A program made the translations under genes and the position numbers. Shown piece by piece: positions 12,822-26,279 of a DNA stretch of 64,000 nucleotides. Origin of the DNA: Eledone cirrhosa (Eukaryota). The stretch covers positions 19,158,001 through 19,222,000 of the forward strand of contig OZ024743.1 in the NCBI GenBank assembly GCA_964016885.1. Reading direction: 5' to 3'. Each line of letters starts with the position of its first letter. Position 1 is the stretch's first letter. The notes beneath the pieces were generated by a model. It did no database searches. It saw only the letters and a program-made list of their open reading frames with translations, and was not told the origin of the DNA.

Positions 12822-12893
12822 AATTTTGAGATAGAGTGTCCGTGCTGTTTGCTCTGATCAGAGCAAACAGCACGGACACTCTATCTCAAAATT
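12822..12893. repeat. Perfect 72-bp palindrome
   Basis: aattttgagatagagtgtccgtgctgtttgctctga|tcagagcaaacagcacggacactctatctcaaaatt. Confidence 0.9.
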
Positions 12894-13049
12894 ATTTTTG
12901 AAAAGCATTTAGAAATGCGCATCCGGTAAAAACTTAAAAACTTAAAACCACAACTGAATACTAACACATACAATCACTAATACTCTTTTATTCCTAATTA
13001 AACCATTTTTCAACTGTGAACAATTTGTCAGCATTTTCTATTCCGTTTA

Positions 13050-13150
<101 letters not shown>

Positions 13151-13293
13151 ACATATATATATACATATATATATATGTATGTATACATATATATATACAT
13201 ATATATATATGTATATATATATATCTATATATATATATATATATGTATTTATGTATACATATATATATATATATATATATATGTATCTATCTA

Positions 13294-13326
<33 letters not shown>

Positions 13327-13601
13327 CTGTTGAATTACTATTCTTGGGGTTTTTATTTATTTATTTATTTTTTTTTATTTATTTATTTATTTTACTTATT
13401 TATTCATGTATCTATTTATTTATTCATTTATTTATTTATTTACTTATTTATTTATTTCAAAAAAGCACTCTGGCTAATTGACCACTCCCCATAGAAAAAA
13501 CGGCCTGTGCCATGAAGTGGTCCTGTGTATCTAAATACCATCCACCACCCCTCCCTTGCCACTACCTAACTGTATAAATACCAGAACTTAATATGACACC
13601 C

Positions 13602-13652
13602 AGCTTCCTGAAGATTTCATCTGAATGAAACAGTACTAGTCCTGTAGAAGCT
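13602..13652 (+). ncRNA. Type I hammerhead in a 360-bp island between (TA)-rich tracts
   Basis: agcttc-CTGAAGA-tttca-tc-tgaat-GAAA-cag-tactagtc-ctg-TA-gaagct. Confidence 0.75.
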
Positions 13653-13736
13653 CCTTCTATAAAATAAAAAAATTTTACTCTGCCATGTATATATATATAT
13701 ATGTATTTATGTATACATATATATATGTATGTATGT

Positions 13737-13774
<38 letters not shown>

Positions 13775-13785
13775 CTATCTATCTA

Positions 13786-13830
<45 letters not shown>

Positions 13831-13866
13831 TTATGTATACATATATATATATATATGTATGTATGT

Positions 13867-14006
<140 letters not shown>

Positions 14007-15032
14007 ATGTATTTATGTATACATACATATTACATAGATATATATATATATTGAAAGGATAAAAAGGACGATTGATTATTCCTTCATTGCATTTATTGAT
14101 AGGTGACGCGCGTTTCGCCACTGATCAGCTCAAGGTTCGTTCTATATCGATCTTACCCGATCAAGAAAATGAAATACATGCAATGTGATAAAGTCATATA
14201 TTCAAGAGTTTGACAAAATGAGTTGTTTTGATTGGTGGGAAGGGTCAAGGCGATGTAGTGGCCTGTAGTGTATATGGGGTGGGTGTGATGGTGAGATGTT
14301 GGTGATGATGGGTGGATGAGATGCGCTATGGTGTGGTGGTGGTTGATTGGCCTTGGCGTGTAGAGTGTGTTGGGTGTGGATGTCATGATATGGTGGTGGT
14401 TATGGTTGCTTAGTGGGATGGGCTGTGGTATGAGGTTAGTGGGTTGTCAGTAGACGGGTCGGCGTGTGTGTGGGGGTGTGGTATTGGTGCCGTTGTCTAT
14501 GGTAGTGGCGTTTGTGGTGGTGTGGCAGATGTATTGGTGGCGTCAAGGTCATTACCCAGATACATAGCTAGTCGGTCATCGTCTGACAGATGCTTTGTAT
14601 ATACTTATACGCACACTCATATATAGGTATATATGTGTACACATATTGTTGTATAAACACACCCACCACAGAACACATACGCACATCCTTGCCCACACAT
14701 ATCGACACACGCTCACACAGAGCCATATGTATATGTACACACATGTATGTGCGTGTGCGCGTGCGGACACGAATCTGGAGAGTGGGGGAGTATCGCTGGG
14801 GGTGGCGAACGACGGAGATGGGGAGAAGGTGAGAGGCAATGTAGGTGTTTTACATTCATACGTACACATACATATACCCATACACACATATGGGTATGGG
14901 CACCTGGACTCACACTCACGTATACAAAATATACACATACACACTCACACACACGTATACTGTCGCACATATATACACACACATATATATACACACACAT
15001 ATATATACACACACATATATATACACACACCC

Positions 15033-15064
<32 letters not shown>

Positions 15065-16074
15065 ATAATGCGATGAAATACCAGTGATCGTTGGCAAATC
15101 ACTGATGAGGGACTCATTTTATAACATGTAATCAATGTGCAACCATGCAGTATTCTTCTCCCCATATTTTTCATATATTTATCTAAACTGCGATTCTATG
15201 TTTCTCTCTTTCTCTCTTACTGCTCCCTCGTTCTCTCTGTTTCTCTTACTTTCTTGTGTCCCCTCTGTCATGTCAGTTAACACCTTCTCTCTACTGACCT
15301 CTTCCTCGCACTTCCACTCACTCATTCTCTGTTTCTCCCCTTCTTACTTCCTCCCATTCGCTACGAAAACGATTTTCCTTATTGCTAACATGAGATTTCA
15401 CTGCCCTTCGAGGAACCTCTCAAACCACGAAAATCTTCTTTGGAGTCATCCTTTACCAACGTTAACTTCGAATAGGATAATTATCAAGTCATTTACGGTC
15501 AACAGAATGGTAGCAGTAGGTTGGCAATGACATCGGAGAAGTTTTTTAATGTATAGTATAACTAGTGACAAAATATATATTAGAGGTAAACCGACCGCAC
15601 GTACTCTGTTTAACATTGATATTATTAACTTATTAATTTTATTCATTGCCCCATTATTTCGTTGCTATATCACCATTTCCCGACTATATCTAAGGAATTT
15701 ACTCTGATTGCGGAAGATATTGTTAATATTATTGAACGAATAGGTTAGTGGCTGTAACCACCTGATCTGTGGTGCCCCAGGACATTATAGTGTCGTCTAA
15801 TATCGATAAAAACATATATGACTATACATGTCAAGGCTTTGCTGCAGTACTATCATATCAATACATGCGTAGTTGTGTGATATTTAGCGTCTATGTGTGA
15901 ATGTGTACGAAGTTATAGATGATTGCAAATAATCTAACATAAAACGAAAAATAATATGGACAGATATACAAGTAAATATGATACAACCAATATCATAAGC
16001 ATGTTATAACGAACTGAAAAAAAATAGTTAATATAAATTTAAAAATTCATATATTTATTAACAATATAACTTAC

Positions 16075-16234
16075 CAAAACGAGAAAAATATTTTGATGTA
16101 AACGACGAAATACATGAGGAAGATTCGAAAGCAAAACGATAAATAAACGTGCAAACAAAATGGCGGATGCTTTTGAGCAACAATTACTCTCATTGGTTGA
16201 TTAGCCAATAAGAAGATGAAATTAGCCAATAAGA
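16075..16234 (-). promoter_or_regulatory. Candidate Pol II promoter and first exon (three CCAAT boxes, YY1-like motif, splice donor)
   Basis: ttagccaataaga twice (16201, 16222), attgg at 16192, ccgccattttg (minus) at 16156-16166, G|GTAAGT donor at 16075/16074, poly-T cag acceptor at 16014. Confidence 0.55.
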
Positions 16235-17239
16235 CGATACATTACAAAATATGTTTGGCAGCGATCACCACGGCCAGCGACACACCTTGAATTGTTTATT
16301 TACAAGATACGCAGACTTAAAACATTATGTTGTTAGTCACTGCGTTTCTAACAGATTCACTGAAATATACCATCCGCATTCTACCTCTAAAATCTACATT
16401 TTCACAATTTAAATCGAATCAGAATACCCACAACATGCTGACAATTGATTTACAATGATTGTAACAAGTATTGTATATCATGAAGTAAACACTAAGTTAT
16501 AGATTAAAGTAAAAAATCCTGTTCGTGATTCGAGCATTTTGTTGTCTTGAAAATGTTCCGATCTCACATTCCAAGATTTCCCGTGGATACGTGAGCTGAT
16601 ACCATCAATAAAATTTGAGAAAACAAATAAAGTATTTAAAGTAACACAATTATGAACTAACTTTATGAAATAAATCGAGAGTCTTATAATTCAAGATCGA
16701 ATAGTTATTTATTCGTGCAGCTTGAGGTTGTGTATTCCGGTTTTGAAATTGAATGTAAAGTTCAACATGTTTACACATCTAAAAAACGTAAAATAAATTT
16801 TCGGAAGTAACTAACATATATGAATGAATTAAATAAATCTCTTTCCTAAAGAGATAATCAATATAATCAAATTAAAATATGTTCTTTCAATCCATTATAA
16901 ATAACAAAACTGGTATTGTTTGTTTCTAATTAAAGGAGGATTAAAATATAATACCGTTCGCAAAATGAAATTGAAAAGAAATAGAAATGTTTGTATTAAG
17001 AAATATTGATTTATATTATAGGCACAGTGTCACGTATTGTTTTTATTGGAAGCTATAATCTATGAAATATACCCCAGTATTTAACTGATAATTATTTTAT
17101 CAAAGCAAGAAGATGAAGCTGCGTTTGATATTACAAGTTACACATACACAACTAGTTAATGTAAATCATTTTTGTTAATTAGTCTAGCAATTATGCAGTC
17201 AACTCTCATTTTAAAATGATTTCAACTATAGACTCCAGT

Positions 17240-17388
17240 CAGTTACTGGTGTTTTATATTATCGAGCACCGTAAGGATGAAAGGTAAAGCTAACCTCGGT
17301 GGAATTTGAACTCAGAATGAAAAGGAGGGTAACAATATGCTGCAACACATGTTATCCGACGCTCTACCGATGCTGCTAATACACCGTC
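17240..17388 (-). mobile_element. SINE copy (diverged)
   Basis: gtaaggatgaaaggtaaagctaacctcggtggaatttgaactcag. Confidence 0.75.
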
Positions 17389-18701
17389 CTACTTGTATTT
17401 AATAAGGAAATATAATCCAATGTTGATATCTACCATAGGTTCATTATCAACATAAAGTACTTTCGTGAATAACGATCACCTGTTCTTGAGTAATTCTATA
17501 TTTTCTAATTCACTGTATATACGTCTACGCACTGCGTTGATCTATGACAATGATAATCGGAGTACTTTAGTTGCCTCATTCGTCTCGGGACATTGGAGAT
17601 GTTATGTCTAAGTTAGAATATATCTACTAGCGAATGGAAATGTAATTAGATGTAGTACGCTATTTGTATCAGTGTGAGCAAATACATACCATAATGTCAA
17701 TTTTTTATTTAAGAAAATTCAATAAATAAAAACTGATATATACCAGGAAACTGCTGGAATTTATTTTATCCACTTTGGTTCAATTTGAAATCAGAACATA
17801 AAGAGTCGCACCTATATGCCAAAAACAGGTTGCCCGATGCATGACCGATAGTACATATCCATCGTCTTATGTACTCTATTATATTGAAAAGAATTTAGGT
17901 AAAACATAATACTGGAAAACAATTTAGGTAAAACAATATACTGGATAATACCCACTATACATAGCACATTAAAGATTTTCTCACCACCAACACCACTACC
18001 ACTAAGTTATAACTGTTATAACGAGGTTTTTGGTATCCGTTTCAATCTTGATTTCATTCATTCACAGGTAACTGTTAATAAAATAATGGTCCTGTATTGT
18101 GATTGTATGTTTTTAAGAGAGTCAATGAAATTTCGTAATCCACGTAAAACCATTTCCAGGTGAAAATCCATGGTGTCAAACTTCTACGTAAAAGATATGC
18201 TAATTATATTAGAAGTGACTGAGAGCATCCTGCTAATTGATTTTAAAGCTTGAAGCATTATTTATTATTAACGGAAAGTATGATAAATCATTGCAACCCT
18301 CATTAAAAATAAAATATTCCTGAATAAATGAATTTACATCTGAATCTCCATCAGTACCTTACCTCGCTAAATAGACCAGTATTACATATTTTCTATAATC
18401 CCGCCTTAAAATAACAAGAAATATTTACCACCTCATGATAAAAGGAAGGCGCCTGATTTCGAAAATATTCAGTTAAAATGCACCCACATATATCACTGTT
18501 CAAAGCCAATGATATGATAAGTACCATCAGATAGACAATTATTACATTGAGAAATAACGAATATATTCTAATTACTTCCATTTAACTATTTGATTAGTGA
18601 AATGTTCGAAATTTACACGTGTGTGTGTGCGTACTTCGGAGCATGTTTGTAAGCTCGCGTTTCAGAATGTCTAGGATGGATTTATATACTTGTGATGGTG
18701 T

Positions 18702-19054
18702 TTGCGATCGCTACACCTTCACGTGAGCAATGTTGTTGTGGAAGACCGCCTTCATGTCCAGTTGCTGGACTGCGTTTACAATACCATTTGATAGATCAGA
18801 TATATAAATACATTTATACACACACATACATACTTATATATATGTGCGTGTGTGTGTGTGTATGTCTGTGTGTGTGTATGTGTGTGTGCGTGTGTGTGTG
18901 TATGTGTGTATGTGTCTGTGTGCCTGTGTATATGTGTGTAAATGTATTTAAATATCTGATCCATCAAATGGTATTGTAAACGCAGTCCCACAACTGGACA
19001 CAAAGGCAGATCTTCCACGTCGATATTGCTCACGCAAAGGAGTAGTGATCGCAA
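18702..19054. mobile_element. Foldback/MITE-like element with about 120-bp imperfect inverted arms around a (TG)n spacer
   Basis: ttgcgatcgctac...ggactgcgtttacaataccatttgat versus atcaaatggtattgtaaacgcagtcc...gtagtgatcgcaa. Confidence 0.75.
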
Positions 19055-19058
19055 TATA

Positions 19059-19577
19059 TCTTCTATATATATAAAAGCGAGGATGTGTGTGTTTGTGTGG
19101 GCAAATTTGGACAGCTAAGGCTTTTACAATTCCCAACCGAATCTGACCAAATGTGCTGTGCACGTTGCACCTGTCGCTAAGATGGTCACATCACAAAAAT
19201 GTTCAAATCGACCCACGTTGAGCAATAAAAAATCGATAGCAAAATAATTTTTTCTAAAGTGCATGATGTAAGGAAGAAATCAATCAAAACAAAATCCTTA
19301 TGGAACTTTCAATGAATATGTCATGCAGGATATTTTGGATTATAAGTTCAAAATGTAACCATACACAGCAAGGGATGCTCTCAAAGAATACATTTTCTCT
19401 TATTCTACTCTCATTGTTTTTTTGTTTGTATACAACTCTGCTTTCATTACAACTTTTTTTACTTCGTTTGCATTAATTATTGACAGGTTGGGGACAAATA
19501 ATTTTCTTCTTTTACTTCCTAGCTGTAAATTCTTAGCATAATTTCCAACCCCGGGCAACGCCGGGTAAATCTGCTAG
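19059..19577 (+). mobile_element. Non-autonomous Helitron
   Basis: A|TCttctatatatataaaag 5' end, subterminal GC hairpin cccgggcaacgccggg, CTAG|T 3' end (A-T target, no TSD). Confidence 0.85.
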
Positions 19578-20455
19578 TGTATATATAAATTGTTGTGACC
19601 GATACCAATTAATCTTTGGACAATCGATATGGGTTCCGTCCTCAATTTAGTCATTTAACCAGTTTTGATAATTGATTACTGATTTAGATACGAATATCCT
19701 ATTTCACAGAAATATGCAGATGATACACTTATATTCATCGTGTAGAAATGCAGAAAAAACAGATTTTTTTCCTTTGTTTTCAGATCTCATCTCATCTCCT
19801 AATGCTGGAAATTATTTTGGACTGCTCAGGTGATATCTCGCCTTGTATTAAAATATTCGAAGTAGAAGAAATACCTTCCTACATACATGGGAGGATATGA
19901 GTTCAATTAATATTTAGAAAGGAAATACTTATGAAATTATAAAATTTTCGAATAATTCTTTTTGCAAAGGTATTCAAACATATTACAGAAATAATTATTC
20001 CTATTATTTCAACTTGCATAACAAATAATTCGTTAATTTTAATGTGAAAAAAACAGCATCGACATTTCTACAATTTGAGAGCATAGCCGTTTTTTTGTTG
20101 TTGTTGTTGTTGTTTTTATTTTTGCAGATGCACAAATGCAGGTAAAATAAGTTTAGTTTTGTCATCATAATTGGAATTAATTAATAACCTGTTATTTATA
20201 ATGTAAAGAAAACACCATCAATATTTCTACATATTGAGAGCTTAGGTGGTTTCTTGCAAATGCTCATATGCAGGTAAAATCATCTTAATGTTGTCATCAT
20301 AATTTTGATTAGTCATATATAATTTCCTAATCGATATTCAGACAATTTGGTTATGCGTCAATACCTATTTGATGACTGACAGAAAAGAGTACTCAATACC
20401 GAAGTAGGCTAAATACTGAAGCTTGATACTCACCTAATAATTATATATATGTATA

Positions 20456-20985
<530 letters not shown>

Positions 20986-21189
20986 AATATATACGCTATA
21001 TTTGTGCAAGCTTATTTACTTGCATATAATAGTTCAGAATATATGCTGTATTGAATTGTAGTTTCTTAATTGATATATATTTCATATATCGTTTCAACTT
21101 GTATATATATATATATACAGAGGGAGAGAGAGGGGAGGGTGTGTGAGAGAGAGAGATCAAAAGAGAAAGAGAGAGAGACATGGATATAG

Positions 21190-21295
<106 letters not shown>

Positions 21296-22393
21296 TTATA
21301 TATTCAGGGCTGTATTTACGTCTGCTCTTCAATATAGGTATCTGAACATGAAGCATATGTTGGTTCCTACGGCACAACCTCAATACTTCAACTGTTTACA
21401 GTTCACTTAAGACGGCAACGGATTTGAAATGAAACACCAGGAGATGCCTGTGGTTATTTCTATACCTAATACAAAATAGATTTATATCCCTAAACTATTG
21501 TTGAAATGTCATTCATTAATTATATATTAAGGTCAGAATAATTGACACAGGCATGCCATTTGGATGACATGCTACAAATCATTAAAAGTACAAATGACAG
21601 AATTATCACAGAGAGTGCGTATATAGCGTTTATTCATAAGCAAATGCAGCTGGCAGCACCTGCAGAATCTTGTCGACTCTTAAGGCATCCTAATATTATC
21701 ATAAGAACATGCATGCAATAGAGTGTGGGACGAAATAGGTTGCAGCATATAGTTCCGAATTATAATCTTGACAAGCTCAAATTTGAGTTCATCCTTCTGG
21801 TGTCCATGACGGCTAAAGGGTAGATGTGTATTTGTGTATTTGTAAATAACTTTCAACTGCACACATACACTCACAAACACATACACTCACATGCACAAAT
21901 ACATACACTCACAGGCACAAACACTCACACACACATACATTCATACACTTCACATACTCTCGGACACACATACTCTCGGACACACATACTCTCAGACACA
22001 CATATACTAACACATAAAACACTCACACACATACACACACAAACACTCACGCACACATACACTCTCACACACAAACACTCAAACACACAAAACCACTCAC
22101 ACACAAACACGCTCACACACATAGATTCACACACAAAAACAACTCAGACACACATGCACTCAGACACGAAAACATTCACACACACAAAAACTCACACACA
22201 ATAACAGTCAGACACACATATACTCACACACACACATACACTCACACACAAACACACTCACATACACCAACAGTCGCACACACATGCACTCACACACACG
22301 TATACTCACACACACAAACACTTCACATAAACATACACTCACAGAAGTGTAGCCATTCTAAGAACGCTAGTAAAAAATAATGATTACATACAC

Positions 22394-22715
22394 ACTATTA
22401 CTTTGAGGCTAAACTCCGCCATGTGCAGACTGCGCATCAACATGAGATATTGTTCTCCACAAAGTTCGATCACCAACAGCAGAGTTTAAAGAAAAAGATC
22501 AACTCGTGACGTGAGTAGGTTATGCCTGAAGAGAAAGTTGTCTGGTAGAGAAGCAAAGGCCGGCAGCCAAAACGATGGCTTGACAATGTCAACCTATGGA
22601 CTGAACATGATCTTTGCTTTTTACATTCTGCTGTTGTTGATCGAACATTGTGGAGAATAATATCTCATGTTAATGCGCAGTCTGCAACTGGCGGGTTTAG
22701 CGTCAAAGTAGTAGT
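22394..22715. mobile_element. MITE-like element with about 105-bp imperfect TIRs
   Basis: actattactttgaggctaaa...gcagactgcgcat.aacatgagatatt versus aatatctcatgttaatgcgcagtctgc...tttagcgtcaaagtagtagt. Confidence 0.75.
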
Positions 22716-22851
22716 AAATATTAGATGAGTTACCTCCCTCTGGGTGACGAACAAAAACACAAGAGCATCATATATTAGTATAATCAGGCATAAGCAGAAT
22801 GTTTGTTACGAAACTGCCTGAAACTTCCCCTTATTATATAATACAAGACTA

Positions 22852-23037
22852 GGGCGGTGGATTGGCAGTATCGGTAGAATACAACATGCTTTGTGGCATT
22901 GAGTTACGACTTTTTACCTTCTGAGTTCAAATCCCGCCCCGCTTAGATTTCCCTTTCATCCTTTAGTAATGCACTGGGGTCGATTTAATTGACTCCTCCC
23001 TAATTGCTGGCTTGTGCCAATAGTAGAAATCATTATA
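22852..23037 (+). mobile_element. SINE copy
   Basis: ggcggtggattggcagtatcggtaga...ctgagttcaaatcccgcc...gctggcttgtgcc. Confidence 0.8.
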
Positions 23038-23902
23038 CAGCTATTTATTCTTAAGTGGTTATATTTATTATAAAAAATTATGATTATATTTAATAAGATT
23101 TATTATGTTATAATTCAAACACTGACTTAATAATCAGAAAATTAGATATATTTCACTCTAAAATCTTTATACTCAAGACTATTTGAACATCATATGCAGT
23201 GTTTTTCATGAAAAATATGGTTTGGAAAGATATAAATTAAAATCATTAGTCATCTTCGAAAGCGTTAAATACCGTACCATCGGAACGCATCGCTACCCAA
23301 CACTACACTCTACATAATTTGAGTTAAACAACAAGTAAACATCTGAGTCCGTAAATGCCTTAAGATATTCTGAACATTCTATTACTAAATTTCTTTTGAA
23401 GTTACCGGTGACAAGATGTACTTGTGCTCACACAGGCAGTTGGTTCGATACTATTTTTCAAGAACATTATATTCATTTCTGCTTGAATAAATTCAGTATT
23501 CGATGATATAAACTGTTTGGAAGGCGAAATTGTAGGCTTTAATACATTAACAGTTCTACTGACATATACAGTCAGAACTGCCAGAGCAGCAGTTGACAAA
23601 ATATTTATAGCAGCATTAGCAGCCACCACAGACAGCAGCATTAGAATCTCGTAGCGGTTCAACCATTTCCATTGACATTGAAATTACATTAAATTCTCTC
23701 TCTCTCTCTCTCTCTTCTCTAAAATACACCCACACATGCATTGTATTTGTATCGTGCTCTCTCCCTTTCTATTTCTCTCACATTTTCTTTATAGGTTTGT
23801 GATATATATTTACCGATTTTATCATAGCTATAAAGGTTCCGTAATCTAATTGTGAAATTTATATAAAACTATTAAAACTCATTTATTATACGTAAACAGC
23901 TT

Positions 23903-24112
23903 AGGGTGGTGAATTGGCAGAATCGGACAAAATAGTGTGTGGTTACAGTTACAGCTAACTACGTTCTGAGTTCAAATTCCACTAAAGTCAACTTTGCTTT
24001 CCATCATTCCTTACATCGTTAAAATAAAATGCAAGTTAATACCTGGGTCGATAAAATCGGATTTTCTCTCCCCACAAACAGGTGGCTTGGTGGCTAATTA
24101 AGAAACCATTAT
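23903..24112 (+). mobile_element. SINE copy (diverged)
   Basis: ggtggtgaattggcagaatcgg...gagttcaaattcc...gtcaactttgctttccatc. Confidence 0.75.
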
Positions 24113-24601
24113 ATGAAAACAGCTTGGAAATAATTCATTGTACAATTAGGAAGGATTTGATCATTTTAAATGGCAATGCAAATATCACATGGAACATACA
24201 ACGCCCTGTTTGAGGTAGAATTTTGGGCGATTTGAACTTTTCAGCTCTCATATCAATCTCTACCTCACAGATGACGGGGGAGTACTCTTAATTGGCGGAC
24301 GTTGGGCATCAGCTACCTCTGAGACCGCAAAAGGTGTAGCTTATAGTGGAATCCCTAAACTTGGAAAAGGCACCTGAATATCATTCACATAAAAAATGGA
24401 GAAAAAAAGCGGAATTTTTTCACGGATAATACACAGGTCGTATGATTGGAACATTCATACATTCTGCTTTTCATCTTCGGACTATTTGCTACTGAATTTC
24501 CACCTATTTCGGGACGCAATTCTAGACTGGCTTTTTAGGGCAGACCATTTTTGGACATATATTATTCATCGCTACTTTGACTTATATTATTTAACCATAA
24601 G

Positions 24602-24792
24602 ATGCGGTGGATTGGCAGTATCGGTGGAGGGTCGGACGCCAAGCTTTGCAGCATAGTTACGTCCCTTTACGATCTGAGTTCAAATCCCGCCGAGGTTGAC
24701 TTTGCCTTTCATCCTTACGGGGTCGATAAAATAAAGTACCAGTAATGCACTGGGTAATTGCTGGCCTTGTGCCTAAAGTAGAAACAATTATT
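24602..24792 (+). mobile_element. tRNA-derived SINE, best-preserved copy (Meta/MESC-like core)
   Basis: A-box-like tggcagtatcgg, B-box gagttcaaatccc, conserved core, tail ccttgtgcctaaagtagaaacaattatt. Confidence 0.85.
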
Positions 24793-25192
24793 TGACCATA
24801 AGATGGTAACAACAAGCCAGTGTTTAATGTCCCTTGATAATCTACTATAGATATATTTCTCTACTGCACTTTCCTATGTACTGCAGTACAAATTTATGCC
24901 AGTTGGCCTTCATAACCAGGCGTATTTTCACCTTCATTTGAACTCTCAATTAACTAAAGTCGTCAGACAAGCAGTTAGTCCTTTTTCTGATATACAATGA
25001 CATGATTCTCTTTTTGACTGGATACTACATCACTAAAACCAGCCATGTTGTCCTTTCTAAACCATTGTCAATATACTAATAGAATAAAGGGCACTGTTGT
25101 TGTGAGTACCGACGACCGTAGGGCATTTTTTTTTATGTAGGATATAGGTTGCATCCATTATCCTACTCTAGAAATGCCAATTATAGTCTACC

Positions 25193-25412
25193 GATGACGA
25201 TGATGATGATGATGACGACGATGATGATAATATTCAGGATGGTGATGATGGTGATGATGATGAGGTTGATGATGATTATGATGATGATGATGACGACGAT
25301 GATGATAATATTCACGATGATGATGATGGTGATGATGAGGTTGATGATGAGGTTGATGATGATGATGATGACGATGATGATGATGAGGATGACGATGAGG
25401 ATGATGAGGATC
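25193..25412. repeat. Imperfect (GAT)n microsatellite
   Basis: Direct reading. Confidence 0.95.
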
Positions 25413-26279
25413 AATATAATAGTGAAATACAAGGGAAACATCTGTTACAGAAATTGATCTTTATTCCAAAAATTATTTAGCATTTGATTCCATAAAAAAG
25501 TATTTCTTATATATAATTTCTAACGAGTCTGAAAGGATAGAAAGTTCAAGGGAGCGGTAATATTCGATATTATCGATTCAGGCGCTTCAATATATCGACA
25601 CCAAATGATGAAATAGAAAATTGATCTCGAGTGGATTGCAACGCACATCATTTTGTTTGTAAAAATATACCATACTAGTTGAAATAACTAAAACATGAAG
25701 AAAATATATTATAAGATCCACACACACATAGTAAAATATTTACTGTTACTATAGAATATAGGAAAACACTGAAGATAACTGACAACCCACCATTAATACA
25801 TGGGTTGATATTACAGTACTGAGTAAGAGTATTGATAATACACACACACATATAACTTCGCTATATATTTTCTTCAAATATTAGCCAAGCGCATCATCAG
25901 CAACGATAACAATAACAACAACGACTACAAAATCAACAAGAACAGCAATTAGAACCGCCACAGCCACAAAAACAACAATAACAACGACCATAACAACAAA
26001 AATAACAACGGCAGAAAGAGCCACTCCTAAAATTCAGCACAATAGCAGATTTACTCAATGACAGTATCTCATCACCACTTTCTCGTTCACCAATTTCACC
26101 CAAGCAACCAACACAATTATCATCTTCATCATCATCATCATCACCACCACTATCGTCTTTTACTACAGCTACTATACGTTTTCTACCACCTCAACAAATA
26201 TTAAACCACTGTTTTCTTCCCCTACATCACCAAATCAATCCTACAGTCCTATAAAAAAAACTGTCAAATTCTATGAAGC

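Noticed and set aside
12895-12930. ttgaaaa...gaaatgcgcatc HHR-like words
   Set aside because: Stem I and stem II cannot form
15075-15120. CTGATGA with a nearby hairpin
   Set aside because: No properly placed GAAA or stem III to complete a hammerhead
23402-23662. 86-aa hydrophobic ORF on the minus strand
   Set aside because: No ATG start, no convincing acceptor, no recognised homology
24602-24692. tRNA gene-like A/B boxes
   Set aside because: No cloverleaf; these are SINE heads
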